64,000 bases of DNA from Candidatus Marinacidobacterales bacterium (GTDB lineage Bacteria; Acidobacteriota; Vicinamibacteria; Marinacidobacterales; SMYC01): contig CBDCYI010000011.1 of assembly GCA_965224085.1 (NCBI GenBank), forward strand, positions 512,001-576,000, read 5' to 3'. Under the pieces are notes generated by a model. That model searched no databases. It had not been told where the DNA came from and saw only the letters and a program-made list of their open reading frames with translations. Of the stretch, positions 9,066 to 19,412 are shown piece after piece. A program made the position numbers and the translations under genes. Positions within the stretch are counted from its first letter, which is position 1; each line of letters opens with the position of its first letter.

Positions 9066-11342
9066 ATGAGCATTCGGACCTACCGTCTCGCGTGGTGGCT
9101 GAACGTTTTGTGCCTCTCGGGTGGAGGCCTCGCGGTCGGGCTGGCAGTGGAAGCGGCCGGGCAGGGGCGGCGACTCACCGTGGAGCGTATTGCATCGCTT
9201 CCGAGTCTCATTGGAACGGCGCCCTCGAGTCCCGTCTGGTCGCCCGACAGCTCGCGCTTGGCGTTCCTGTGGAACGATGAGGCACTGCCGTTTTGTGACG
9301 TCTGGGTGGTCGCCGCAACCGGCGGAGCTCCCGAGCGATGGACCGACATGGCCAGGGACTTTCCTTATCCCGAGACGGTCGCGTCCGATTCCATTGAGGC
9401 TCTCGCGGAGCGGGCCAGGGCTCGCGCCCGGTCGGGGGTTTCCGGGCTCACCTGGACACCGGATGGCCAGGCGCTGATCTTCGCTTACCGAGGGGATCTC
9501 TTTCGCTTTCAGGGAGATGGCAGCAAGCCCGAAAGGCTCACCCAATCCGGCCGAGGGAAGTCTCGACTCGCGTTTTCTTCCGACGGACGATTCCTATCGT
9601 TTCTACAGGGCGGCGATCTGTGGCTGTGGCACCAGGAGAGCAAACATCTGATCCAGGCAACCCGGGTGGGCGAGTCGCCCATCGGGTCGGTTCCGGGGGG
9701 CGCGTTCTTCCGTCTCGATGTGGAGTTTCGCTCGTTCAAGTGGTCACCGGATAGTCTGTTCGTGGCTCTCGATTTCATCGATCGCCGGAACGTTCGCAAG
9801 GTGCCGTTCCCGTACTACCTCGGCGAGGAAACGAGCATGAACGTCCTCCGCCGGGGTTATCCCGGTGATAGCGACGAGATCCGGATGGTGGGTATCTATT
9901 CGATCGAGGAAGGCATCGTCCGCTTCATCGAGCTTCCGGAAAAGACGTCCCGCGGCATTCTCGACTATTCCTGGTCACCCGACGGAAGCCAACTTCTCAT
10001 CGACCGGGACAGCGACGTTGCGGTGGACCGGTGGTTGTACGTGGTGAGCAGGGACGATCTGACCGTCCGGCAACTCTGGCACGATCGGGGCGAGCGGCGA
10101 GGCTATCCCGTCTTCAGCTCTTTTTGGCGAACCGACGGGCGGGGCGTGTTGTTCGTCGGGGATCTGGACGAGCGGTATCGTCTCTACTCCATGTCTTTGG
10201 ACGATGAGGCGCCCACCCGGCTCACCGCAGGAGAGTGGGATGTCGCCGGCTCCCGGGGGAGGGGCACCGTAGCGCTCGTCCCGCAGACGCGAGAGATTTT
10301 CTTCGTATCGAATCAGAAGAGCCCTTACGAGCGGCACGTCTATCGTATGCCGGAAGGCGGCGGTGCCGTGACGCAGGTTACCTCGCTCCCCGGAGTCCAC
10401 ACACCGTTCGTCTCCCCGGATGGCTCGAAGGTGGCTGTGCTGCACTCGAACGACGTGACCCCCACGGAGCTTTACATTGTCGATGCGAAAGGCGGAGCCG
10501 CCGAGCAAAGGATCACGCGCTCACCGCCGGACGAGTTTTACGACTATGAGTGGGCCGAGCCCCGCTATGTCACGTTCGAGAGCCGCATCGATGACTTTAC
10601 GCTGCACGGCCGCATCCTGGAGCCGCCGGGTCTGGACGAGTCGCAGAAGTATCCGGTTGTCCTCGGTCCCGTGTACTCGAATACGGTGCGCAACGAATGG
10701 CGCGGCCTCTATGGCACGCTCCAGCAGTTCATGGCGCTCGAGGGCGGCTACATCAATCTGCAGGTCGACATCCGAGGCAGTGTCGGTTACGGGAAGACGT
10801 TCCGCGAAATATTTCAGGGGGACTGGGGCGGAGGGGACATCGAGGATCTTCACAGTGGTGTGGAGTATCTCGAGACCCTTGCCTATGTGGATTCGGATCG
10901 CATCGGCATCTGGGGAAGCAGCTACGGCGGCACCCTGACGGTGTTCTCGTTGTTCGAGAAGCCGGGTCTCTACCGGGCGGGCGTGGCCGGTGCCCCCGCC
11001 GTCGACGTTGCCCACTTTACTCTCTACGATATGCACCTGTCGCGTCGCCCGAGTACCCATCCGGAGATCTTCAGCAAAGCTTCGGCGCTCAATTACGGTG
11101 AGAATTTGAAGGACCCACTTTTCATCATTCACGGCATGCAGGACGACATCGTTCCCTTCCGGACGTCGGTCCTGCTGGCGGAAAAGCTCATCCTGCTGGG
11201 TAAAGACTTCGATTTCGCCTTCGCACCCACCGCGCCCCACGGCTGGTCGCGGCAAGAGCACTATGCCGTTTTCCTTCTCCGCAAACTGGTCGCGTTCTTC
11301 GACCGCCATTTGGGACCCGGACCTCGACCGAAACAAGGATAG
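9066..11342 (+). CDS. S9 family dipeptidyl-peptidase IV-like peptidase
   Basis: WSPD propeller repeats; GSSYGG nucleophile, QDD, PHGW triad; signal-like segment after MSIRTYRL (start inferred). Confidence 0.9.
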   Translation: MSIRTYRLAWWLNVLCLSGGGLAVGLAVEAAGQGRRLTVERIASLPSLIGTAPSSPVWSPDSSRLAFLWNDEALPFCDVWVVAATGGAPERWTDMARDFPYPETVASDSIEALAERARARARSGVSGLTWTPDGQALIFAYRGDLFRFQGDGSKPERLTQSGRGKSRLAFSSDGRFLSFLQGGDLWLWHQESKHLIQATRVGESPIGSVPGGAFFRLDVEFRSFKWSPDSLFVALDFIDRRNVRKVPFPYYLGEETSMNVLRRGYPGDSDEIRMVGIYSIEEGIVRFIELPEKTSRGILDYSWSPDGSQLLIDRDSDVAVDRWLYVVSRDDLTVRQLWHDRGERRGYPVFSSFWRTDGRGVLFVGDLDERYRLYSMSLDDEAPTRLTAGEWDVAGSRGRGTVALVPQTREIFFVSNQKSPYERHVYRMPEGGGAVTQVTSLPGVHTPFVSPDGSKVAVLHSNDVTPTELYIVDAKGGAAEQRITRSPPDEFYDYEWAEPRYVTFESRIDDFTLHGRILEPPGLDESQKYPVVLGPVYSNTVRNEWRGLYGTLQQFMALEGGYINLQVDIRGSVGYGKTFREIFQGDWGGGDIEDLHSGVEYLETLAYVDSDRIGIWGSSYGGTLTVFSLFEKPGLYRAGVAGAPAVDVAHFTLYDMHLSRRPSTHPEIFSKASALNYGENLKDPLFIIHGMQDDIVPFRTSVLLAEKLILLGKDFDFAFAPTAPHGWSRQEHYAVFLLRKLVAFFDRHLGPGPRPKQG

Positions 11343-11439
11343 GAAAAATCGACGCTCGTGGGCGCCAAACGTGAATCGCTCGCGGTATCAAGACGTCTCC
11401 CTCCCGTTGTGGGAATATAGCCTAAGCTCGACGCGCCCC

Positions 11440-13167
11440 TCAGCGAGGGACTACGGGAAGAAGAAGCGACGAGGGATGTTTTTCGTCGTGATGGATCCGG
11501 TGCGTGGCGACGGCGATGTCCGCCTCCGTTCCCTCCCCCACCGGCTTCGCCGCGTTGAGGTTTCGGTCGAAGCGCGGGAAGTTGGTGCTCGTGACGTGAA
11601 GCCGGACTCGGTGTCCGGCCTTGAACACGTTGCTCGTTTCCCAGAAGGCGACAACCACCTCGTGAGTCTCGTTCGGCTCGAGCCAGCGGGGTTCTTTGAC
11701 AGAGTCGCGATAGCGCGTCCGCACCATCCCTTCGGCGATGAGAATGGCGCGGCCGTCGGGGTAGACATCCGAGACCGTCGCAAAGAAATCGGTGTCGGGA
11801 ACGTTCGTCTCGAAGAAAAGACGCAGCTCGATGGCGCCCGTGACCTCGAGGTCGTCGGTAAGAGGCTCCGTCGCGTAGACGAGGACGTCCTGGCGTTGCT
11901 GGTTCACGCTCTGGTCGCGAGGACCGTGAGGCGTCAGCCCGCCGCCACAGCAACCGCTGCCGCCATAGGTCGGGACCGGATTGCGCGGATCGTAGCGATA
12001 GGTGTCGGGCTGGTCCTCTCCGGGAGGCGCGCGGCTCAGCTCACCGTCGCCGAATCGTGTGTTGGCGGCGCCGTCACTCCTCAAATAGAAGCGTGTGGGT
12101 TGCACCCGCTCAATAGGCCACGCCTCCTCATCTCGCCAGACGTTGTCCCCCATAACGAAGATACGGATAGGCGCTTCCGCGTCCAGTCCGTTCTCGCTAC
12201 CTTTTAGATGGTAGTCGTACCAACGCAAGTGCAGCCCATCGACGTCGATGAGCGCGCCGGAGCCAAAGTCGACGTCGCCGTAGCGGGAGCTCCGAGGAAA
12301 GCCGTGCCCCCAGGGACCGATGAGAAGTTTCTGCCAGCGGCGCGCATGTGCCGAGCGCGAAGTGGCGCGCATGTTGGTGAAATTCACGATCGTTTCGTGA
12401 ACGAGGTCGTCATACCACCCGGTGATGTGGAAAGCGGGGACGTCCATCTCGTGATAGAGATGACGGATGCTCATCTTCCGCCAGAAGTTATCGTAGGTCG
12501 CATGACCCAGGGTCTGGGACACGAACGGAGATTCGAGGCCGAGCTGACCCAGCGCATCTTTCACGGGTAAGTGCATCATCAACGGCATCCAGTTCACGTC
12601 CGGGCGCGCGCCGCCGGCAGCGAGAGCCGCCTGGCTCGCCCCCCAGCGCAGCGCGAGCGCGAGGTGATAGAGGCCGTCGGTGTACCAGATGCTTCCGTAG
12701 TTATCGGACTGCGCGGCCACCGGCACGATGGCTTTCACATATTCACTGCGTTGCGGCGCCGGAAGTAGCTGCGTGAAGCCCGGGTAGGAGGTCCCGAACA
12801 TTCCTATCGTTCCGTCACACCACGATTGACGTCCTATCCACTCCTGGGTGTCATAGCCGTCGTCAGCCTCGGTTACGTACGGGCGCCACTCGCCTTCGGA
12901 CTGGTAGATGCCGCGTGAGTCGACGATAACGACGCCGTAGCCGTGGCGCATGAGCCGCTCGGCGCGGTCGCGACCCCGTGTTTTGTCGTACGGCGAGCGG
13001 CTGAGAAGAACGGGAAACGGACCCGACCCGTCAGGCAAATACACGTCTGCGGCGAGCTTTACGCCGTCGCGCATCGGAATGGGGACGTTCTCACGAACTT
13101 CGCTCGCCGCGACGCTCGCACGGAAGATGCAGACGCACAAGCAGAAGAGACTCAGAGTTCGCGTCAT
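11440..13167 (-). CDS. CocE/NonD family hydrolase (peptidase S15, X-Pro dipeptidyl-peptidase-like)
   Basis: IPMRDGVKLAAD, GTSYPG, GWYDD, GPWGH, C-terminal FKAGHRVRLHVTSTNFPRFDRN; signal peptide. Confidence 0.92.
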   Translation of the reverse strand: MTRTLSLFCLCVCIFRASVAASEVRENVPIPMRDGVKLAADVYLPDGSGPFPVLLSRSPYDKTRGRDRAERLMRHGYGVVIVDSRGIYQSEGEWRPYVTEADDGYDTQEWIGRQSWCDGTIGMFGTSYPGFTQLLPAPQRSEYVKAIVPVAAQSDNYGSIWYTDGLYHLALALRWGASQAALAAGGARPDVNWMPLMMHLPVKDALGQLGLESPFVSQTLGHATYDNFWRKMSIRHLYHEMDVPAFHITGWYDDLVHETIVNFTNMRATSRSAHARRWQKLLIGPWGHGFPRSSRYGDVDFGSGALIDVDGLHLRWYDYHLKGSENGLDAEAPIRIFVMGDNVWRDEEAWPIERVQPTRFYLRSDGAANTRFGDGELSRAPPGEDQPDTYRYDPRNPVPTYGGSGCCGGGLTPHGPRDQSVNQQRQDVLVYATEPLTDDLEVTGAIELRLFFETNVPDTDFFATVSDVYPDGRAILIAEGMVRTRYRDSVKEPRWLEPNETHEVVVAFWETSNVFKAGHRVRLHVTSTNFPRFDRNLNAAKPVGEGTEADIAVATHRIHHDEKHPSSLLLPVVPR

Positions 13168-13922
13168 TTCTCGAGCTCCAACGAAGGTCCGACAAGCGAA
13201 GGCCCGTCCGTGATTTCGGTGGTCCAACTCTCGCCCACATCCAAGGAATGAGCTCCTGTCAGAGCACCGGTCGTCACGATCTCACCTGGCTCGAGGGGGG
13301 GCGCGTCACTCTGTCGTTCGATCACGTCGACCAGCCAGTCGATCGCGGGCACGGGTCCTCCGAGAATGCTCTTCGCATTCCCCCGCGCGACGAGCTCTCC
13401 GTTTCGCGACAGCGCTAGCTCGAGCTCATCCAAGTGGTCCACGTCAGATGAAGGCTCCCCCACGAGGAGCTCGCGGTGGAGGCCGAAATCGGCGACCGCA
13501 TCGGCACAGTTGAACTCCCAATCTGGAAAATGGCATTGAACGATCTCGTAGCCGAGCGCGGCCCACTCGATCGCGACGGGCGCTAGCGCGGCAAGCTTCA
13601 CCACGACTTCGACTTCGATGCGCGGACCGACCGCGCCCACGAGAGAGTGTCGCGCTGTCTCGCCGTCCTGGAACTGTACGGTGGAATCGTATATCGGCGC
13701 CCAGATCGGCTCCGACAGCCCGAGCTCCGGCCAGATGGATTGATTGGTGAAGCCGAGTTTTCTTCCCACCATGCGGCTGCCTCGATCGATCCACGCTCGA
13801 CGCAACTCCTCGGCGACAGCGTAGGCCTGTTCCAGGTCAAAGCCCGTGTCTCTTCTGGAAGGAGGCGGGACGAGCCCGGCTGTGAGACGTGCCCGCAAAA
13901 GCTCTTCGGCGTTACGGCTCAC
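13164..13922 (-). CDS. 2-keto-4-pentenoate hydratase-like protein (FAH superfamily)
   Basis: AYAV, GRKLGFTN, PRIEVEV, VADFGLH, GEIVTTGALT; GTG start inferred. Confidence 0.82.
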   Translation of the reverse strand: MSRNAEELLRARLTAGLVPPPSRRDTGFDLEQAYAVAEELRRAWIDRGSRMVGRKLGFTNQSIWPELGLSEPIWAPIYDSTVQFQDGETARHSLVGAVGPRIEVEVVVKLAALAPVAIEWAALGYEIVQCHFPDWEFNCADAVADFGLHRELLVGEPSSDVDHLDELELALSRNGELVARGNAKSILGGPVPAIDWLVDVIERQSDAPPLEPGEIVTTGALTGAHSLDVGESWTTEITDGPSLVGPSLELEK

Positions 13923-14451
13923 TCGTTGGGCCACCTTCGGAAAGCCAGTGCTCGAACCACTGAAAGTTGCGCTCCATCGCATCCCGGATATGCTTCGGCT
14001 CCCTGAGACCGTGGGGCTCGCGCGGATAGATCACCATCTCGACGGTCACACCGTTTAGCGTTAGGGCCCGGTAGAAGGCCGTACCTTGGGAAAGCGGGAC
14101 GCGCACGTCTTCCTCACCGTGCTGGATGAGACTTGGTGTTTTGGCGTTATGGGCGAAGTGCTCGGGCGCGTGCCGGAGGTAATCCACATCGTCGTCCCAA
14201 GGCTTCCCGCCGAAATAGGCTTCGGTGAAGTCGGGAATATCGGTCACGCCGTAGAAGCTGTAGGGGTTCGTCAACCGGTGCGCCGATGGATGCGGCTTTG
14301 AACCGATCGGTATTGCCCAGCGGCCATCGGGTGCGGCGATCACTTGCGAGAGCGACCTGTACTCGAGAATCTCGTTGATGGAGGCCGCCTCGATGAATGT
14401 CGCAGCACAGAAGATCACCAAAGAGATCGTTCCGATTTTCCGCCATGTCAT
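13912..14451 (-). pseudogene. S9 peptidase with a large internal deletion
   Basis: Signal peptide and first repeat (IAAPDGRWA) are joined almost directly to the C-terminal QHGEEDVRVP...YPREPHG; the nucleophile motif is missing. Confidence 0.75.
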
Positions 14452-14949
14452 CCACCACCTCCTGGTGCTCAATGCTCGCAGCAGGCTGCGCACTCGTTTC
14501 TTCATCCGCCTGCTAGGGGTCTTATATCACCGTTCAAATTAGATTGACGTCGACGGACGGGTCAATCGTAAGATGCTGCGCTCCGTCAGACCTAGCCGCA
14601 CGGAAAAACAATATGGATGAGTCAATAATATCAGTCGGATGGAGGTCCTATGTCGAGCCGTAGCTCAGTCCGGGCCGCACCCACCTAGCAATTGATGAGC
14701 CGCGGCGGAACAGCTGTGCTCGGGTTGGTCGAGATCGGGTAACGCAACAGCCTGACAGATTACTAGAATTCTTGCCTAAACGGACAATAATGCAGCACCA
14801 AACGCGTCCGTCATGCCTTACGGATAACTCCCCGGAGGAGAACGTACAATAACCGGAACTCGATTTTCTCGGCCCAACGGCTCGTCTATCATCTAATGGA
14901 CGATTTCTTACTGGAGGCAACCCGAGTCTTGAGTTAGAAGGTGCTATAC

Positions 14950-15037
14950 GTCGCGCCGCGAGAGCATTGTTTACAATTACTTCATGTTCAAACTGTTGAT
15001 GGAGGCCGAAGCAATCGATTTCTGTCAGGTCGACGCC
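14950..15037 (+). pseudogene. Short fragment resembling L-fuconate dehydratase (enolase superfamily)
   Basis: EHC...MFKLLMEAEAIDFCQVDA resembles the GEHCxNRVMFKQxxQAxAIDFCQID segment (recalled motif). Confidence 0.45.
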
Positions 15038-15724
15038 GACCCGCTCGGCGGACTGAAGGCCTGGCACGCGCGCCGATCGGTTCAACTCGGCATTTTATCT
15101 TACCTGATACTCGCAGCGGTAACGGTGGGCGAGGTCGAGGCCCAGCGCAGGCGTTCACCCGCATATGGATTTCGCGCGATCGAGATAGCCCCTTTTGTCG
15201 GATATCAAGTCGGTGGTCAGGCGGGATCCTTTCAGGGTCGCCTAGATATCCGCGGCGGTCTCGCCTACGGGATCGCGTTCGACATTCGGGTCCGGCCGGA
15301 CGCGACGATCGAGCTGGTCTATAACCGCCAAGAGACCGATCTAGACATTCAGGACAATCGGCCTCTCATCCCGGAGCGCTCCCGCATCGGACTCGCTGTC
15401 GAGTATTTCCACTTCGGCGGGACGGTGGAGTTCGGCCAAAAGCGCATGCGACCCTACTTCGCGATGACGATTGGGGCGAGTCGCTTCGATCCCAAAGTGG
15501 AGCAAGCGGGCGATGAGTGGCGTTTCTCCGTCGCGTTTGGTGGCGGCTTCAAGTACTACGTCTCGGACCGCTTAGCCTTGCGCGTCGACGCTCGCGTCTA
15601 TCCGACATTCCTGAGCACGAATGGCGGCTTTTTTTGCTCGCTACCCGGAGGCTGTCTCGTGTCGATCACGGGCGACTTCCTGGTACAAGCCAACGCCACC
15701 GCCGGACTCGCTTTCGCTTTCTAG
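14984..15724 (+). CDS. Outer-membrane beta-barrel protein (porin/OmpA-like barrel)
   Basis: Alternating beta-strands, RPYF and GGGFKYY motifs, C-terminal aromatic GLAFAF; true start uncertain. Confidence 0.75.
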   Translation: MFKLLMEAEAIDFCQVDADPLGGLKAWHARRSVQLGILSYLILAAVTVGEVEAQRRRSPAYGFRAIEIAPFVGYQVGGQAGSFQGRLDIRGGLAYGIAFDIRVRPDATIELVYNRQETDLDIQDNRPLIPERSRIGLAVEYFHFGGTVEFGQKRMRPYFAMTIGASRFDPKVEQAGDEWRFSVAFGGGFKYYVSDRLALRVDARVYPTFLSTNGGFFCSLPGGCLVSITGDFLVQANATAGLAFAF

Positions 15725-15853
15725 AGGCCAAAAGTGGGTCGCTCACCCGGAAGGTAGTGCGGACTGCCATTTTGCCGTGGAGCCCGCTGCTTTCTGTCCC
15801 GGACGAGGCACCTCCGGGGAACGGCGCGCTTGCGCCGACGTCGAATCTGGGGC

Positions 15854-16084
15854 TTAAGAAAAAAACGTCGCTTTGAACGCTTCATGTTTGCGCCGGGCCT
15901 TCTCGAGAACAGCATCGAGGCCGGAGTTTTCCCTGGCCGGATCAACAAACCGGCATTTGAGCAGGTGCGGATAGGCGAAAAAGCCGCGCTCCACCGCCGT
16001 ATCGAGCACGGAGACACACTTGTCAATCTCTCCGTTTGTGCAATACACGCCGGCGAGGAAAAACCACCCTTCACTGTCAGACAA
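15854..16084 (-). pseudogene. C-terminal fragment of a TPR-containing kinase-type protein
   Basis: DSEGWFFLAGVY...AVERGFFAYP...ARRKHEAFKATFF; upstream part is absent. Confidence 0.55.
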
Positions 16085-16133
16085 GACCTATGGCCGAATT
16101 CCGGATACAATTCCCTGCACGAGGTACGCTGCG

Positions 16134-16568
16134 ATGGAATGGAAACGTGTTCGCAGTACTCAGTCGGACGGCGTCGCGAGAGTTGTACGAATAGCCCTGG
16201 GAGCCCTCTTCCTGATGACGGGAGCGATGAAGCTCGTTGTCCCGATGTTGGCCGCCGCTTGGGCCGGTCAACTTGCCGCCGCCAACATTCCACTACTAGA
16301 GCTCAACCGTTGGGTCGTTCCCGTCGTCGAGATGGGGGTTGGCGTGGCTCTCTTGCTCGGGCTCTACACACGGATTGCGATTTTGGTGGTGTTGAACATC
16401 ATGGCCGTCGCGACATACGTGCATCTCGTGGTGGATGACCTGGCGCTGTTCCCGTTGCAGCCGGCCGCGCCCATCATCCCAGCCGTGGTGACGCTTCTCG
16501 CTGTCTACCTTCTGGTGAAGGGTGGAGGATCGGGGAGCCTCGATCTGAAAGCGATAACTTCCCAATAG
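16134..16568 (+). CDS. DoxX family membrane protein
   Basis: RIALGALFLMTGAMK, VEMGVGVALLLGLYTRIA, KGGGSGSLD. Confidence 0.85.
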   Translation: MEWKRVRSTQSDGVARVVRIALGALFLMTGAMKLVVPMLAAAWAGQLAAANIPLLELNRWVVPVVEMGVGVALLLGLYTRIAILVVLNIMAVATYVHLVVDDLALFPLQPAAPIIPAVVTLLAVYLLVKGGGSGSLDLKAITSQ

Positions 16569-16654
16569 CGATACGCCGGAGACCCGGTACGCAGCAGACG
16601 ATGGAAAGCGCGAAGTGAGTCGTCAATGACGAAGAACCCAGGGGGACCTGTTAT

Positions 16655-17135
16655 ATGGATGCACAGGCAATTTTCGGACTGCAGTTTATCCTGAGTCTTG
16701 CCATATGGAGCTTGATTGCAAAGTGGTTGTTGGCTCCATGTCTGGATCACGAGCCGCGGCACCAGGCTCTCTTCTGGCTGACGCTGCCGCACGCGTTTCG
16801 CCACGTTGGAATGGTTTTCCTCGTCCCCGGGGGTCGTTGCGCAACCGCTGCCAGAAGCTTTCGCTATTCCTGCCGCCTACGGGGACTTACTTACGGGTGT
16901 TCTGGCGTTACTTGCGCTCATCGCCCTTCGGATGCGCTGGGGCGGGATGTCGGCGCTGGTCTGGCTCTTCAACATTGTCGGCACGGTCGACCTTCTGAAT
17001 GCGCTCCGACATTTGAATGTCGCGCCAGACTTCGGGGCGGCTTGGTACATTCCTACATTTCTCGTGCCGTTGCTGCTGGTCACTCATTTCATGATCTTCG
17101 CGCGGCTCTTGAGGCGTGGCGCTGAATCAGGTTGA
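16655..17135 (+). pseudogene. Membrane protein with a +1 frameshift
   Basis: Two overlapping ORFs join as ...FLVPG|VVAQPLPEAFAIPAAYGDLL if one G is removed from the G5 run at 16829-16833. Confidence 0.75.
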
Positions 17136-17226
17136 ATGGCTCCCTCCCGACTTGCCGGGCCTGATCCAACCGCCCGAGGGGGCGCGACGATTAATACCCC
17201 GTTCAGGGGTATCGTGGCTCTACTAA

Positions 17227-18586
17227 GGGTCTGTTACATATTAATATTTACAATACACTGTCATTGCTGCTATCCTCTGCTGGTTGCGAGACTATACGAG
17301 GATGGCAACAGATCGAAAGGTACCAGAGTCTGAGCGTCACTGGTTGAGGGTGCTGGGGACGTTGAACGAAGCGCAAGCGCGTGTTTTTGTGGCTCAACGG
17401 GCGCTTGAAGAAGGACGCGGCGGGGTCAGTCGGCTGTCACGACTTACGGGGATGTCGCGGCCGACCATCATGAAGGGCGTGGCGGAACTCAAAGCGAAAG
17501 CGCCGATAGTTGATGACGACAGCGCCCGAGTGCGCAAGCCTGGCGGGGGGAGAAAGCGGGTCGAGGAGTTAGACCCGAGAATCGAGCGGCAGCTGAAGAA
17601 GATCCTCGACGAAAGAACCGCCGGCGACCCGATGAAGCATCTCAAATGGACGAACAAGTCCACGAGAGCGATGGCGGAGGAGCTTGAACGCAAAGGTCAC
17701 GATGTCTCGCACGTGACAGTTGCTCGACGCCTAGGAGAAATGGGTTACTCGCTGCAAGCTAACGTGAAGAGACTGGAAGGGGATCAGCACCCGGATCGGG
17801 ACAAACAGTTTCGTTACATCAACAAGCAAGTAAGCAAGTTCATGCGAAGCAAGGATCCGGTCGTGAGCGTCGATACCAAGAAGAAGGAATTGATAGGAGC
17901 CTTTGAAAACAGGGGTAAAACGTGGAGGAAGAAGAAGGGCGGAGGTGAGCCGGTTCTTGTACACGACTTCCCCAGTATGGCTGAGGGCAAAGCAATTCCC
18001 TATGGGACTTACGATGTGTCCCGCGACGAAGCGCTGGTCAACGTCGGCATTACTCACGAGACTGCGGAATTCGAGGTAGAAAGCATCCGGAGATGGTGGC
18101 GCATACTCGGAAAAAAGTCTTATCCGATGGCGAAACGTCTGCTTGTTTGCGCGGACGCCGGTGGAAGCAACGGAAACCGGCTGCGAGGCTGGAAGCTCCA
18201 CCTCCAAAAGCTATCGGACCAACTGAAGATTCCCATCACCGTATGCCACTATCCACCGGGAACCAGTAAATGGAACAAAATCGAACATCGACTATTCTCC
18301 TTTGTCAGCATGAACTGGAAAGGACGGCCTCTCGTGAGCTACGAGGCGGTCGTCAATCTTATCGGCAACACCAAGACCCGAACCGGCTTGAAGGTAAAGG
18401 CCATGCTGGACAAGAACTCCTACGAGACAGGCCAGAAGGTCAGTAACGAAGAAATGCAGGAGCTTCGACTCAAAATCCACCCCTTCCACGGCAACTGGAA
18501 TTACACTCTCCATCCCCGACGTGCTTGATTGAGGGTATTAATTCTTACCGAACTCGTATTTGTAAATATTATTATGTAACAGAACC
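17227..18586 (+). mobile_element. Complete ISAzo13-family insertion sequence
   Basis: Terminal inverted repeats GGGTCTGTTACATATTAATATTTACAA versus reverse complement GGTTCTGTTACATAATAATATTTACAA; TAA direct repeats at 17224-17226 and 18587-18589. Confidence 0.92.
17302..18528 (+). CDS. ISAzo13-family transposase (Rhodopirellula-type DDE)
   Basis: HPDRDKQF, VSVDTKKKE, DAGGSNG, HYPPGTSKWNKIEHRLF, FHGNWNY. Confidence 0.93.
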   Translation: MATDRKVPESERHWLRVLGTLNEAQARVFVAQRALEEGRGGVSRLSRLTGMSRPTIMKGVAELKAKAPIVDDDSARVRKPGGGRKRVEELDPRIERQLKKILDERTAGDPMKHLKWTNKSTRAMAEELERKGHDVSHVTVARRLGEMGYSLQANVKRLEGDQHPDRDKQFRYINKQVSKFMRSKDPVVSVDTKKKELIGAFENRGKTWRKKKGGGEPVLVHDFPSMAEGKAIPYGTYDVSRDEALVNVGITHETAEFEVESIRRWWRILGKKSYPMAKRLLVCADAGGSNGNRLRGWKLHLQKLSDQLKIPITVCHYPPGTSKWNKIEHRLFSFVSMNWKGRPLVSYEAVVNLIGNTKTRTGLKVKAMLDKNSYETGQKVSNEEMQELRLKIHPFHGNWNYTLHPRRA

Positions 18587-18717
18587 TAAGAGGGCTCGAT
18601 TGGCGTTGACGTGATTCATCTAGTCAGCGCGCGACCTGGTCACGGGACGGATTGGAATGCGTCAAGCGAGCAAGTTAGCGCGCTATTTTTCACGCATCAT
18701 GGAAAGGACGGAAAGAG

Positions 18718-19263
18718 ATGGCGGACCTGGACACGCTACTGGATCGCAACCGGAGCTTTGCTGAACAATTCGAGGGGAGAGAACTCAACATTCGACCCCG
18801 CATGTCGATGATCATCCTGACCTGCCTCGACGCGCGCGTCGACCCTGCACATCTCTTCGGGCTCGGGCTCGGCGACGCAGTCGTTATCCGCAACGCGGGC
18901 GGCAGGATCACCCCTGCAGTGATGAGAGATCTTGCTGTCCTCAGCGTTCTCGCCGCCAATTTGCCGGGACCCGGCGCCGCGCAGCTGCAACTCGTCGTTA
19001 TCCACCATAACGACTGCGGAATGGCGCGCCTTGCCAACCCGGCCATCCAGCAACAGGTGGCGAAACGGCTCAGCCTGAGTGACGACGAAGTCGCAGCGAT
19101 GGCGGTCACCGAGCCCGCTAGGACGGTTCAAGCCGACATCGAGCGACTCCGCCGCACACCTGGAACACCAGACGCGCTCATCGTCGCCGGCCTCGTCTAT
19201 GACGTAGGAACCGGCACGGTAGACGAGGTTGCGCCTCCGGCCCCACTCCGCGCCGCCACCTGA
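18718..19263 (+). CDS. Beta-class carbonic anhydrase
   Basis: CLDAR, RNAGG, HHNDCG zinc ligands. Confidence 0.9.
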   Translation: MADLDTLLDRNRSFAEQFEGRELNIRPRMSMIILTCLDARVDPAHLFGLGLGDAVVIRNAGGRITPAVMRDLAVLSVLAANLPGPGAAQLQLVVIHHNDCGMARLANPAIQQQVAKRLSLSDDEVAAMAVTEPARTVQADIERLRRTPGTPDALIVAGLVYDVGTGTVDEVAPPAPLRAAT

Positions 19264-19412
19264 TTCCAAGGCGGACCTCGCCTGGACGCCGGGCAGGAGG
19301 AGGAGAGCGACCCCGAGCGACAACGTAACTGCCCAGGGGTCGTTCGCGCTCGCGGAGAGGGTCCCATATGATGCCGCGCCAAGAGGATCTTGAATGGAAG
19401 GTGGGAAGTTCA

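Noticed and set aside
14542-14567. GATTGAC-N12-GTCAATC palindrome as an operator
   Set aside because: Single short instance in a degraded region, with no cognate regulator and poor promoter spacing.
14655-14730. tRNA-like start GCCGTAGCTCAGTC
   Set aside because: No cloverleaf, T-loop or matching acceptor stem follows.
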